Positions 45,372-53,370 of a stretch of DNA of 53,370 nucleotides are shown here, piece by piece. Each line of letters begins with the position of its first letter. The first letter of the stretch is position 1. Both the position numbers and the translations under genes were made by a program. The DNA lies in IMG/VR virus record IMGVR_UViG_3300010362_000020, positions 1 to 53,370 of that record. One strand, given 5' to 3'. Below the pieces are notes generated by a model, which worked only from the letters and a program-made list of their open reading frames with translations, was not told the DNA's origin and did no database searches. The DNA comes from a virus. Lineage: Duplodnaviria > Caudoviricetes.

Positions 45372-46103
45372 GTGCCCTACACCACCACGACCCTCGACGA
45401 GCTCCAGGCGCTGCTGGCGCAGCGCTGGGATCAGGAGGTCTTCTGGACCCCTGAAGAAGCGCGCCTCGCGCTCAACGAGGCGCTGCGCGAGTGGAACCTG
45501 CTGACCGGTCGGTGGCGCACGCGCGTCCCGCTTGCGGCGCTCGCGGCGACTCCCGAGATCGCGCTTCCCGGGCTGCTGACCTACGCGATGCGCATCACGA
45601 CCGCCTCGGGCGCGGCCGTCATCCCGAGCTCCATCCTCGAACTCGATCTCGCCGAGCCGCAGTGGCGCGCGCAGACCGCCTCCGCCCCGATTCTCTGGGC
45701 GCCCGTCTCCCTCACCCAGATCGCCATCTGGCCCTGCTACGCCGCTGCCACCCCGGGCGCGCTCCTCTGCGACGGCGTGATGCGGACGCCGGTCCTCGTC
45801 CTCCCCACCGACACGGTCGATCTCGGCGACGAGATCATCGACGTCGTCGCCGACATGGCGCTGCACGTCGTCGCCTTCAAGGAAGCGGGCGACCGGTGGC
45901 GCGCGACGCGGCCCTACTTCGAGGCGTTCCTCCAGGCCGCGGCGGACGAGAACAGCCTGCTCAAGCAGAACCAGGCGTATCGCCGCTGGGCCGGGCTCGA
46001 TCGCCGGCGCGACATGCAACCCTCGACCGGCGCGCCCAACCAGCTGCAGGGTGTGGTCGCGCAGTTCTCGCGGCACGACCAGGCGGAGACCGCCAATGAC
46101 TGA
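45372..46103 (+). CDS. Head-tail adaptor/ring-like protein
   Basis: FWT.EE...ALNEA, IWP pattern. Confidence 0.6.
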   Translation: MPYTTTTLDELQALLAQRWDQEVFWTPEEARLALNEALREWNLLTGRWRTRVPLAALAATPEIALPGLLTYAMRITTASGAAVIPSSILELDLAEPQWRAQTASAPILWAPVSLTQIAIWPCYAAATPGALLCDGVMRTPVLVLPTDTVDLGDEIIDVVADMALHVVAFKEAGDRWRATRPYFEAFLQAAADENSLLKQNQAYRRWAGLDRRRDMQPSTGAPNQLQGVVAQFSRHDQAETAND

Positions 46104-46737
46104 CCGCGAGCTCCTCAGCGAGCTGCAGTACGTCCTGATCGAACCGCCCGACGGCGGCGACGCCTGGCCGTCCCTCATCTGGACGCGTGACGAAGTGCTC
46201 GACGCCCTCAACGCGGGCGTCCGCGCGCTCATCCGCGACACGCACCTGGTCGTCACGCGCGTGGAGCTCCCGGTCGCCGCGCTCGCCACGCGCATCGATC
46301 TCCCCGCCGACTGGCTCGCGACCGCGCACCTGGTCTGGCGCGCCGCCGACGGCACGCGCACGCCGCTCGGCCCGGTCGACGCCTTCGAGGGCGACCTCGC
46401 GGTGCCCGGCTGGGAAACCACGCCCGACCTGCCGCTCGGCTACGCCGATCTCGATGGCCCCACCCTGACGCTGCGGCTCGTGCCCACCCCCGAGGCGCCC
46501 GGGACGATCGAGCTGCTCTACATCGCCAAGCCGCCCGAGGTCGCTCCGGTCGTCGGCGGCCCCGAGCTCGCGCTCCCGCTCGCGCCCGAGTTCGACTCCG
46601 CGCTCAAGTACTCCGCGCTCGGGACGCTCCTCCGCAAGGTCGGGCGCCTGCTCGATGACGAGCGCGCGCGCTACGCCGAGCGCCGCTACGAGCTCACCCA
46701 GACCGCCGCGGCGATCCTGCTCGGAGGGTGGGCCTGA
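46096..46737 (+). CDS. Head-tail adaptor/ring-like protein
   Basis: WTRDEVLDALNAG, LPADW, LVPTP, Y...P, FDSAL. Confidence 0.6.
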   Translation: MTDRELLSELQYVLIEPPDGGDAWPSLIWTRDEVLDALNAGVRALIRDTHLVVTRVELPVAALATRIDLPADWLATAHLVWRAADGTRTPLGPVDAFEGDLAVPGWETTPDLPLGYADLDGPTLTLRLVPTPEAPGTIELLYIAKPPEVAPVVGGPELALPLAPEFDSALKYSALGTLLRKVGRLLDDERARYAERRYELTQTAAAILLGGWA

Positions 46738-49700
46738 TGGCCGAGCAGATCAGCCGCCGCGCCAACAACGTCACCACGGCGGCCTTCGACTCGCCGTTCG
46801 AGACGCACACGGTGCGCTTCGGCTCGGGCACGCTCAACCTCAAGGACTCGCTCGATGCGATGGAGGGCTGGTCGCGCCACACCAACGTCTGGCACGAGCA
46901 GGAGAACGAAGCGACCGCGCGCCCGGGCGAGACCGTCGTCGCCACGCACGGCGCGACGAGTGGGACGGTGCATTCGATCCGCAAGCTGCGCGACCCCGAC
47001 AGCGACGTCACCACGCGGTTCTGGGGTGTGGAAGGCGACCTGCACCGCGGGCTCTCGGGGGCGACCACGGTCGTCTCCTCCGGCTACAGCGGCTTCCCCC
47101 TCGCCCTCCTCCCGCACCGGCCCACGCTCTCCGGCGAGCCCTGGCTCTTTGTCGGGGACCGCGCCAAGATGGCGAAGGTCCGCGCCGACGGCCTGGCGCT
47201 GCCGATCGGCCTGCCCATCCCCACCGGCCTCACCACCGCCCTCGGCACCGAGTACACCCGCCCGATCGCGCTCTGCGAGTCCGCCGACAGCACGCAGGCT
47301 GCGAACTGGGTCCCCGCGCCCGGGCACGACAACGTCACCGGCGCGGTGGTCGGCACGCCCGACGCGCCGCTGGCCGATCCCGGCGACTCGCCCTCAGGGA
47401 CCGAGGGGATCTACTGCGTCACCAACCCGGGCACGACCACCGGCGGCTACGACTCCTGGTGGGGCGTCGCCGTCACGCGGGATCTCACCCAGCTCAATGA
47501 AGTGGGCGGCTCGGGCCTGCTCGAAGCCAGCGACGACGATCTCGTGCGCGTCTGGATGAAGACGTCGCACCCGCACCTGATGGCGGAGATCCGCATCTAC
47601 ATCGTCTGCAGCCCGAGTTTCGATCCGCTCGTGCTCCCGGGCACGCCCAACGACGCCGGCAGCAATCAAGATGCATATGTAAAGGCCTTCCGCCCGAACG
47701 ACTACGTGCAGTTCTTCCAGGCGCAGCAGGCGCAGATCGACGCGGCGGAAGCGGCGCGCATCCACGCCCTGCGCGACGCCGATGCCAAGGCACGCGGCTA
47801 CGACGACACGCGTCCCAGCTGGCAGACCACCCGCGAGCAAGCCGACTCGGCGCGCGCCCAGTCGTTCCAGATCGGCGCCGGCTCGCAGCAGTGGTTCGGC
47901 TACGGCTTCACCGGCGCGCCGCTGCGCCGCGGCGACTTCCAGCGCATCGGCAACACCCAGGGGCGCGACTGGTCGACCGTCACCGGCGTCATCCTCTACG
48001 TCCGCACCACCGAAGACGGCAACGGGCCGATCGCGATCGGCTTCGACGATCTCGCCCTCACCGGCGGCTGGGGCCCCGACACCGCGCAGCCGGGCGCGCA
48101 GCCCTACGACTACCGCATCACCAACTACGACCCGCGCACCGGCGCCGAAAGCAACGGCAGCGCCGAGCAGCTCGCGACCGCGGTGATCGATCCGCTGCGT
48201 CGCCACATCAGCGTCGACCCGCCGGCCTACGGCGACTCCGAGATCCGCCAGCGCATCTACCGCCGCGGCGGCTCACTCATCGACGACTGGTACTTCGTCG
48301 GCGAGAACGACGGCGACGGCCAGGTCTTCGACGACGGCCTGAGCGACGCCGAGATCGCGGCGGCCGGGACGCTGCCGACCGATCACTTCCAGCCCGTGCC
48401 CACCCTCCGCGACACGACCGGCGAGACCGTACTCGCGCAGCCGCTCCCGGCGCTCTGGGGCCCGGTCGAAGGGATGCTCTTCGGATGCGGCGATCCGCAC
48501 CGGCCCGGGCACGTCTACTTCTGCATCGCCGGCCAGCCGGATCACTGGTCCGCCTCGGGCAACGTCGAAGTGTGTGCGCCCTCCGAGGAGCTGATGAACG
48601 GCGGGATCCTCGGGCACCAGGCGTTCGTCTTCAGCCGTCTGCGGCTCTACTTCCTCTATCCGAATCTCACCGGCGCGCAGGGCGTCACGGCCACCCCCGC
48701 ACTCTGCACGCGCGGCCTCGTCGCGCGGTGGGCGTTCTGCACCGGGCCCGGGGGATTCGTCTTCTTCGTGGCCGAGGACGGCGTCTTCGCGACCCAGGGC
48801 GGCCCCGAGGACTGGCTCTCGGAAGCGATCAACCCGCTCTTCTACGGCACCGCCGTCAACGGCTACGTGCCGATCGACAAGACCGTCCCCGAGGCGCTGC
48901 GCCTGACCTGCTGGGAGAACGATCTCTTCTTCCAGTACCAGGACGTCGGGGGCAATCGCCAGGTGCTGGTCTTCTCGATCCTGCAGAAGTTCTGGCGGCA
49001 TTACACGTTCGGCCGGCCCCCGGCGGTCCTCCAGGGCGAGGACGAGGACGTGCTCCTCATCGGCGGCCGCGCGACCGGCGCGAGCTACTCCCATGACGGC
49101 ACCTCGGACGACGGCCTCCCCATCGCGTGTCGCATCCGCACGGGCTCGGCCTCCGGCGGCCGGCGCGAGGAGAAGCTCTTTGGCGATCTCTTCCTCGACG
49201 CCGATTGCGCCGGCACCACGCTCACCGCGCAGGTCTTCCTCAACGAAGAGACGCACGCCAACACCGCGATCGCCGTCAGCGGCGGTGGCAGCGGCCGCGA
49301 GCGCTTCCTGGTCGATGCCTTCGGGGTGAACCCGCAGAAGGCGCACTCGATTGCCTGCGAGCTCTCCTGGTCGACCGCGGGCCCGCCGCCGACGATCTAT
49401 CAGCTCGGGTATGCGATCACGCTGCAGCCCGATCTCACCAACACGCGGGTGACCAACTGGGACGACCTCAACTCGCCCGACGAGGTCTGGCTCACCGGCG
49501 TCACGATCGACTGCGACGCCGGCGGCGTGACCAAGCACGTGCTCATCGAGCGCGACTTCAGCGGGGTGCGGACCCTGGTCGCCGAGTTCGATGTCCAGAG
49601 CGACAACCGGCACAAGTTCAAGTTCTCCTGGCCGGCGGTCCCCGCGCATATGGTCCGCATCCGCCCCGAGGCCGACTGCGTCCCGTGGCTGCTCTACCGC

Positions 49701-50741
49701 GCCGACTGGATCTACCTCGAAGAGCCGCCGCGCATCGCCGGGTGGGACATCCACTTCGAGAACCAGTGGGACCAGTACTACACGGGGCTCGATCTCTACT
49801 GCGACACCGGCGGCGTCGAGAAGCAGATCGAGGTCTACGTCGACGACGTGCGCCTAGTGAACCCGGCGACGAGCGAGCCCTTCTGGCGCGTCACCGCGCT
49901 CGGGCGGCAGGTCGTGCATCTGACGCTCCCGTGGGGGCGCGGCCACGTCTTCCGCTTCGTGGCGATCGACCCCAACCCCGGGCTGCTCTACACGCACCGG
50001 TGGCACCTGGACCCGGAGCCCTCGGAGCAGACCAACTGGAACCAGAACTTCTCGATCCTCGGCACACGCGCGGACAAGTGGCTCAAGGCGGTCATCTTCG
50101 AGTGCGACACCTACGGGCAGGACAAGCAGGTCCAGGTCGAAGTCGACGGCACGGTGGTCGAGACGCTCACCGTCAACACCACCGGGCGGCGCGTCGTGCA
50201 GCTCGCGCTCGCCGACCAGCACCTCGGACGCGTGTGGCGTCTCTTCCCGGTCGACGCGCACCCGGGCCGGCTCTACTCCGCCGAACCGATCTTCGATGAA
50301 GAGCCCTTCCAGCTCACGCGCTGGGAGACGCAGGAGACCAACCACGGGCTGCCGGGCTGGTTCTACCCGCTCTACGGCCACATCACGCTGAAGTCGACCG
50401 CCGAGGTCACGCTCACCACCGCCGTGCAGCACAACCAGGTCGGCGACACCACGACACATGCATATGCAATCCCTGCCACGGGCGGACAGAAGCAGCGCCG
50501 GTTCCTCCACGGCTTCCAGGCCGTCAAGGGGGTGCTGATCAAGTACGTGCTCACGAGCGCCGCGCCCTTCTGGCTCTATCGCGACGAGACCGTGATCGTC
50601 ATTCAGCCCTGGGGCGCGGCCCGCGCGATCACCGTGCAGCCCTTCGGCAACGACGACCTCGACCCGTCCCGGCCCATGACCCACGCCGTGCTGGCCGCGC
50701 AAGCCAGTGGCGGCGCTGTTCCCACCGCCGCGCCGGGCTAG
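46737..50741 (+). CDS. Large tail nozzle/hub-like protein
   Basis: 1334 aa; RIYRRGG, beta-propeller-like centre, tandem C-terminal repeats; follows the adaptors. Confidence 0.65.
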   Translation: MAEQISRRANNVTTAAFDSPFETHTVRFGSGTLNLKDSLDAMEGWSRHTNVWHEQENEATARPGETVVATHGATSGTVHSIRKLRDPDSDVTTRFWGVEGDLHRGLSGATTVVSSGYSGFPLALLPHRPTLSGEPWLFVGDRAKMAKVRADGLALPIGLPIPTGLTTALGTEYTRPIALCESADSTQAANWVPAPGHDNVTGAVVGTPDAPLADPGDSPSGTEGIYCVTNPGTTTGGYDSWWGVAVTRDLTQLNEVGGSGLLEASDDDLVRVWMKTSHPHLMAEIRIYIVCSPSFDPLVLPGTPNDAGSNQDAYVKAFRPNDYVQFFQAQQAQIDAAEAARIHALRDADAKARGYDDTRPSWQTTREQADSARAQSFQIGAGSQQWFGYGFTGAPLRRGDFQRIGNTQGRDWSTVTGVILYVRTTEDGNGPIAIGFDDLALTGGWGPDTAQPGAQPYDYRITNYDPRTGAESNGSAEQLATAVIDPLRRHISVDPPAYGDSEIRQRIYRRGGSLIDDWYFVGENDGDGQVFDDGLSDAEIAAAGTLPTDHFQPVPTLRDTTGETVLAQPLPALWGPVEGMLFGCGDPHRPGHVYFCIAGQPDHWSASGNVEVCAPSEELMNGGILGHQAFVFSRLRLYFLYPNLTGAQGVTATPALCTRGLVARWAFCTGPGGFVFFVAEDGVFATQGGPEDWLSEAINPLFYGTAVNGYVPIDKTVPEALRLTCWENDLFFQYQDVGGNRQVLVFSILQKFWRHYTFGRPPAVLQGEDEDVLLIGGRATGASYSHDGTSDDGLPIACRIRTGSASGGRREEKLFGDLFLDADCAGTTLTAQVFLNEETHANTAIAVSGGGSGRERFLVDAFGVNPQKAHSIACELSWSTAGPPPTIYQLGYAITLQPDLTNTRVTNWDDLNSPDEVWLTGVTIDCDAGGVTKHVLIERDFSGVRTLVAEFDVQSDNRHKFKFSWPAVPAHMVRIRPEADCVPWLLYRADWIYLEEPPRIAGWDIHFENQWDQYYTGLDLYCDTGGVEKQIEVYVDDVRLVNPATSEPFWRVTALGRQVVHLTLPWGRGHVFRFVAIDPNPGLLYTHRWHLDPEPSEQTNWNQNFSILGTRADKWLKAVIFECDTYGQDKQVQVEVDGTVVETLTVNTTGRRVVQLALADQHLGRVWRLFPVDAHPGRLYSAEPIFDEEPFQLTRWETQETNHGLPGWFYPLYGHITLKSTAEVTLTTAVQHNQVGDTTTHAYAIPATGGQKQRRFLHGFQAVKGVLIKYVLTSAAPFWLYRDETVIVIQPWGAARAITVQPFGNDDLDPSRPMTHAVLAAQASGGAVPTAAPG

Positions 50742-50745
50742 GCCG

Positions 50746-53370
50746 ATGGCGATCAAGGTCACGCCCCCACCCGCCCTCACCAAGCAGTACCCGCACGTCG
50801 ACGACATCGGCGACTGGCGGGCGCAGCAGTCGATCCGGTTGCTCTGGGACCGGGCCTTCGACCTGGAGGCGCGGCTGCAGGGCACCGAGCAGACGGCGGG
50901 GGACCTGGCCGACGCCAGTAATGAGCAGGAGCAGACGATCGCGCAGCTGCAAAAGCTCGCGGGCGAGGCGCTCGCGCCGACCCAGGAGGTCACCTCCGAC
51001 GACGAGGACGGGGATGGCGGCGACGGGACGCCGGGTCCCCCTGGCCCGCCGGGACCCGCCGGCCCGACCGGGCCTGCTGGACCCGAAGGCGCCGAGGGAC
51101 CGGCGGGGGCGACCGGGGCGACCGGACCCGAAGGTCCACAAGGCGACACGGGGCCCGAGGGGGCGCAAGGAGACCCTGGCCCCACCGGGGCGCAAGGCCC
51201 TCCAGGCATCCAGGGCATCCCAGGCCCGACCGGCCCCGAAGGACCCCAGGGCCCGCCCGGGACTGGTATCGCGATTCAAGGCACGGTGCCGAGCGAGGGT
51301 GACCTGCCGTCGACCGGCGCGCCCGGCGACGCCTGGATTGCGGCCGACACCGGACACCTGTGGGTGTGGGACGCGGACACGAGCAGCTGGCTGGATGCGG
51401 GCCAACTCCAGGGGCCGCCAGGACCGACCGGCCCGACCGGCGCCACCGGACCCGAAGGGCCGCAAGGTCCCGAGGGCCCGCAGGGTGCGACGGGTGCCAC
51501 CGGGGCGACCGGCCCCGCCGGCCCGCAAGGCGATCCCGGCGCGACGGGCGCGACCGGGCCGACCGGCCCCGAAGGGCCGCAAGGACCCACCGGCGCGACA
51601 GGCGCCACCGGCCCCGCCGGGCCGCAGGGTGACCCAGGACCCACCGGTCCTCAGGGACCGAAGGGGGACACCGGCGACACCGGGCCGCAGGGCCCGCCCG
51701 GCACACTGGCGCCGCACGCGGCGACCCATGCGAGCGGCGGCAGCGACCCGGTCACGATTGCCGAGAGCCAGGTCACGAACCTGACGACCGACCTGGCGAG
51801 CAAGGTGTCCACCTCCGACCCGCGCCTCTCGGACGCGCGCACCCCGACGGCGCACGCGACCACGCACAAGAGCGGCGGCAGCGACCCGATCAAGCTGGAC
51901 GAACTCGCCGCGACGAGCGATGTCACGACGCTGAACGCGACCACGGGCGCGCACGGGCTCCTGCCGAAGCTCTCGGGCACGACGACGACGTTTCTCCGCG
52001 GCGACGGCACGTTTGCGACCCCGACCGCGACCCCGAGCGCTCATGCCACGACCCACCAGCCCGGGGGCAGCGATCCCATGGCGGTGGACGCCGCTGCGGC
52101 GACCGGGTCCCTGCGCACCCTGGGCACCAGCGCGACGAGTGCCTGCGCGGGGAACGACAGCCGGTTGACCAACGCGCGCACCCCGACCGCGCACGCCTCG
52201 ACGCATCAACCCGGGGGCAGCGATCCCATGGCGGTCGATGCGGCGGCGGGTACGGGGTCGCTCCGCACGCTCGGCACCGCGGGGACCAACGCCTGCGCCG
52301 GCAACGACGCGCGCCTGACGAATGCCCGGACGCCCACGGCCCACGCGACCACCCACCAGCCAGGCGGGGCGGACCCGATGGCGGTCGATGCCGTGGCCGG
52401 GACCGGCTCGCTGCGGACGCTCGGGACGAGCGCCACCAGTGCGTGCGCCGGGAACGACAGCCGTCTCACCAATGCCCGGACGCCGACCGCGCACGCCTCG
52501 ACGCATGCGAGCGCCGGCAGCGACCCGGTCAGCGTGACAGGGCTCGCCGGCTATCCCGGCGGCACGACCAACTTCTTGCGCGCGGACGGCACCTTCGCGG
52601 CGCCTCCCGGCGGCGGTGGGACCGGCAATGTGGTCGGGCCTGCATCAGCCGTCGACGAAGGGATTGTGCGGTTCGATGGCACGACCGGGAAGCTGATACA
52701 GAGTCATCCCGGTCCCTGCATCAACGATGCGGGCGCGATCTACAACGCGACGGACTACTACGCGAGCGGCAGCATCAACGTCGCGAGTGTGCATGCATCC
52801 GCCAGCATCGACATCGCCGGGAACCCCGTGGTGGTCGGGCCCGCGTCGGCCACCGACAACGCCGTCGCGCGGTTCGATGGCACGACCGGGAAGCTGATTC
52901 AAAACTCGGGCGTCACCATCGCCGATGGCGGCGGGATCACGGGCCCGAGCTTCCTGCAACTGGGCGATGCGATCTACCTCGAAAACTCTAAGGCGATTAA
53001 CTGGAAGAGTGCTGACGGCACCACGTGGATCGGGGGTCTCTACGTCGGGGGCAACAACGAGGTCATCCTCGGCGACGGCGCGGCCTACGTGCTCTACCGC
53101 GCGAATAACCTGCCGTATCCAGACGCCTCCATTGACCTCGGCTCGACGGGGCTGCGCTGGCGCAACGGCTATTTCAGCGGCAACATCTCCACGAAACATG
53201 TCAACGTCACCAGCCCGGATGCAGACGTGAAGTACAGCGCGACCGGCGCCGCCGCGAATCAGCGCGTGTGGAACGCGGGGGCCTATAGCGATGGGGTGTT
53301 CTACATCTGGACTGAGGACGATGCGGGCACGCAGCAACCCGGCGAGTTTCAGTTCAAGCGTGACGGGACG
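50746..53370 (+). CDS. Collagen-like tail fibre, partial at the right edge
   Basis: Manual translation from ATG 50746: coiled coil, two Gly-X-Y blocks, HAxTH-GGSDP repeats, two [11 protein letters not shown] motifs; open to the window end. Confidence 0.88.
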   Translation, partial: MAIKVTPPPALTKQYPHVDDIGDWRAQQSIRLLWDRAFDLEARLQGTEQTAGDLADASNEQEQTIAQLQKLAGEALAPTQEVTSDDEDGDGGDGTPGPPGPPGPAGPTGPAGPEGAEGPAGATGATGPEGPQGDTGPEGAQGDPGPTGAQGPPGIQGIPGPTGPEGPQGPPGTGIAIQGTVPSEGDLPSTGAPGDAWIAADTGHLWVWDADTSSWLDAGQLQGPPGPTGPTGATGPEGPQGPEGPQGATGATGATGPAGPQGDPGATGATGPTGPEGPQGPTGATGATGPAGPQGDPGPTGPQGPKGDTGDTGPQGPPGTLAPHAATHASGGSDPVTIAESQVTNLTTDLASKVSTSDPRLSDARTPTAHATTHKSGGSDPIKLDELAATSDVTTLNATTGAHGLLPKLSGTTTTFLRGDGTFATPTATPSAHATTHQPGGSDPMAVDAAAATGSLRTLGTSATSACAGNDSRLTNARTPTAHASTHQPGGSDPMAVDAAAGTGSLRTLGTAGTNACAGNDARLTNARTPTAHATTHQPGGADPMAVDAVAGTGSLRTLGTSATSACAGNDSRLTNARTPTAHASTHASAGSDPVSVTGLAGYPGGTTNFLRADGTFAAPPGGGGTGNVVGPASAVDEGIVRFDGTTGKLIQSHPGPCINDAGAIYNATDYYASGSINVASVHASASIDIAGNPVVVGPASATDNAVARFDGTTGKLIQNSGVTIADGGGITGPSFLQLGDAIYLENSKAINWKSADGTTWIGGLYVGGNNEVILGDGAAYVLYRANNLPYPDASIDLGSTGLRWRNGYFSGNISTKHVNVTSPDADVKYSATGAAANQRVWNAGAYSDGVFYIWTEDDAGTQQPGEFQFKRDGT
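52041..52530 (+). repeat. About three tandem 150-bp (50 aa) repeats in the fibre gene
   Basis: PGG(S/A)DPMAVDA units at about 52061, 52211 and 52361. Confidence 0.85.

Noticed and set aside
50629-52506. 625-aa minus-strand ORF
   Set aside because: Shadow of the collagen fibre gene
52041-52530. Diversity-generating retroelement TR/VR pair
   Set aside because: In-frame tandem protein repeats with mostly synonymous, non-adenine-specific differences; no reverse transcriptase in the window

Overview
The whole window looks like one high-GC (roughly 70% by eye) temperate, probably short-tailed dsDNA phage, with no host flanking genes visible. From left to right it contains: (i) a leftward replication/recombination operon with a UDG-fused family A DNA polymerase (runs off the left edge, missed by the ORF track), Pif1-like helicase, cold-shock protein, SSB-like protein, Sak4-like ATPase, KGG protein and PD-(D/E)XK exonuclease, interrupted by an RHH-xis-integrase module and an intact tRNA-Thr(CGT) at the probable attP; (ii) a divergent cro/cI-like switch; (iii) a RepA/AAA_25 helicase followed by an ori-like repeat element; (iv) about 10 kb of small leftward early genes led by a DUF932-like gene; (v) an ~830-bp non-coding divergence zone; (vi) a rightward morphogenesis operon (TerS, TerL, portal, scaffold, capsid, adaptors, nozzle-like protein, and a collagen-like fibre running off the right edge). 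The main non-obvious signals are a palindrome GATGCATATGCATC in about 14 copies genome-wide (in a promoter spacer and inside ORFs), a second operator TGATGAC in three promoter spacers, four small head-region proteins sharing a C-terminal RSL(S/Q) tag, a nine-repeat TQVAVD protein between two paralogous virion proteins, ACG(Thr) runs next to the phage tRNA-Thr(CGU)/int/xis module, and a probable overprinted ORF inside the polymerase. No database searches were run: family calls come from recognised motifs and gene context, and the host cannot be determined from this window.
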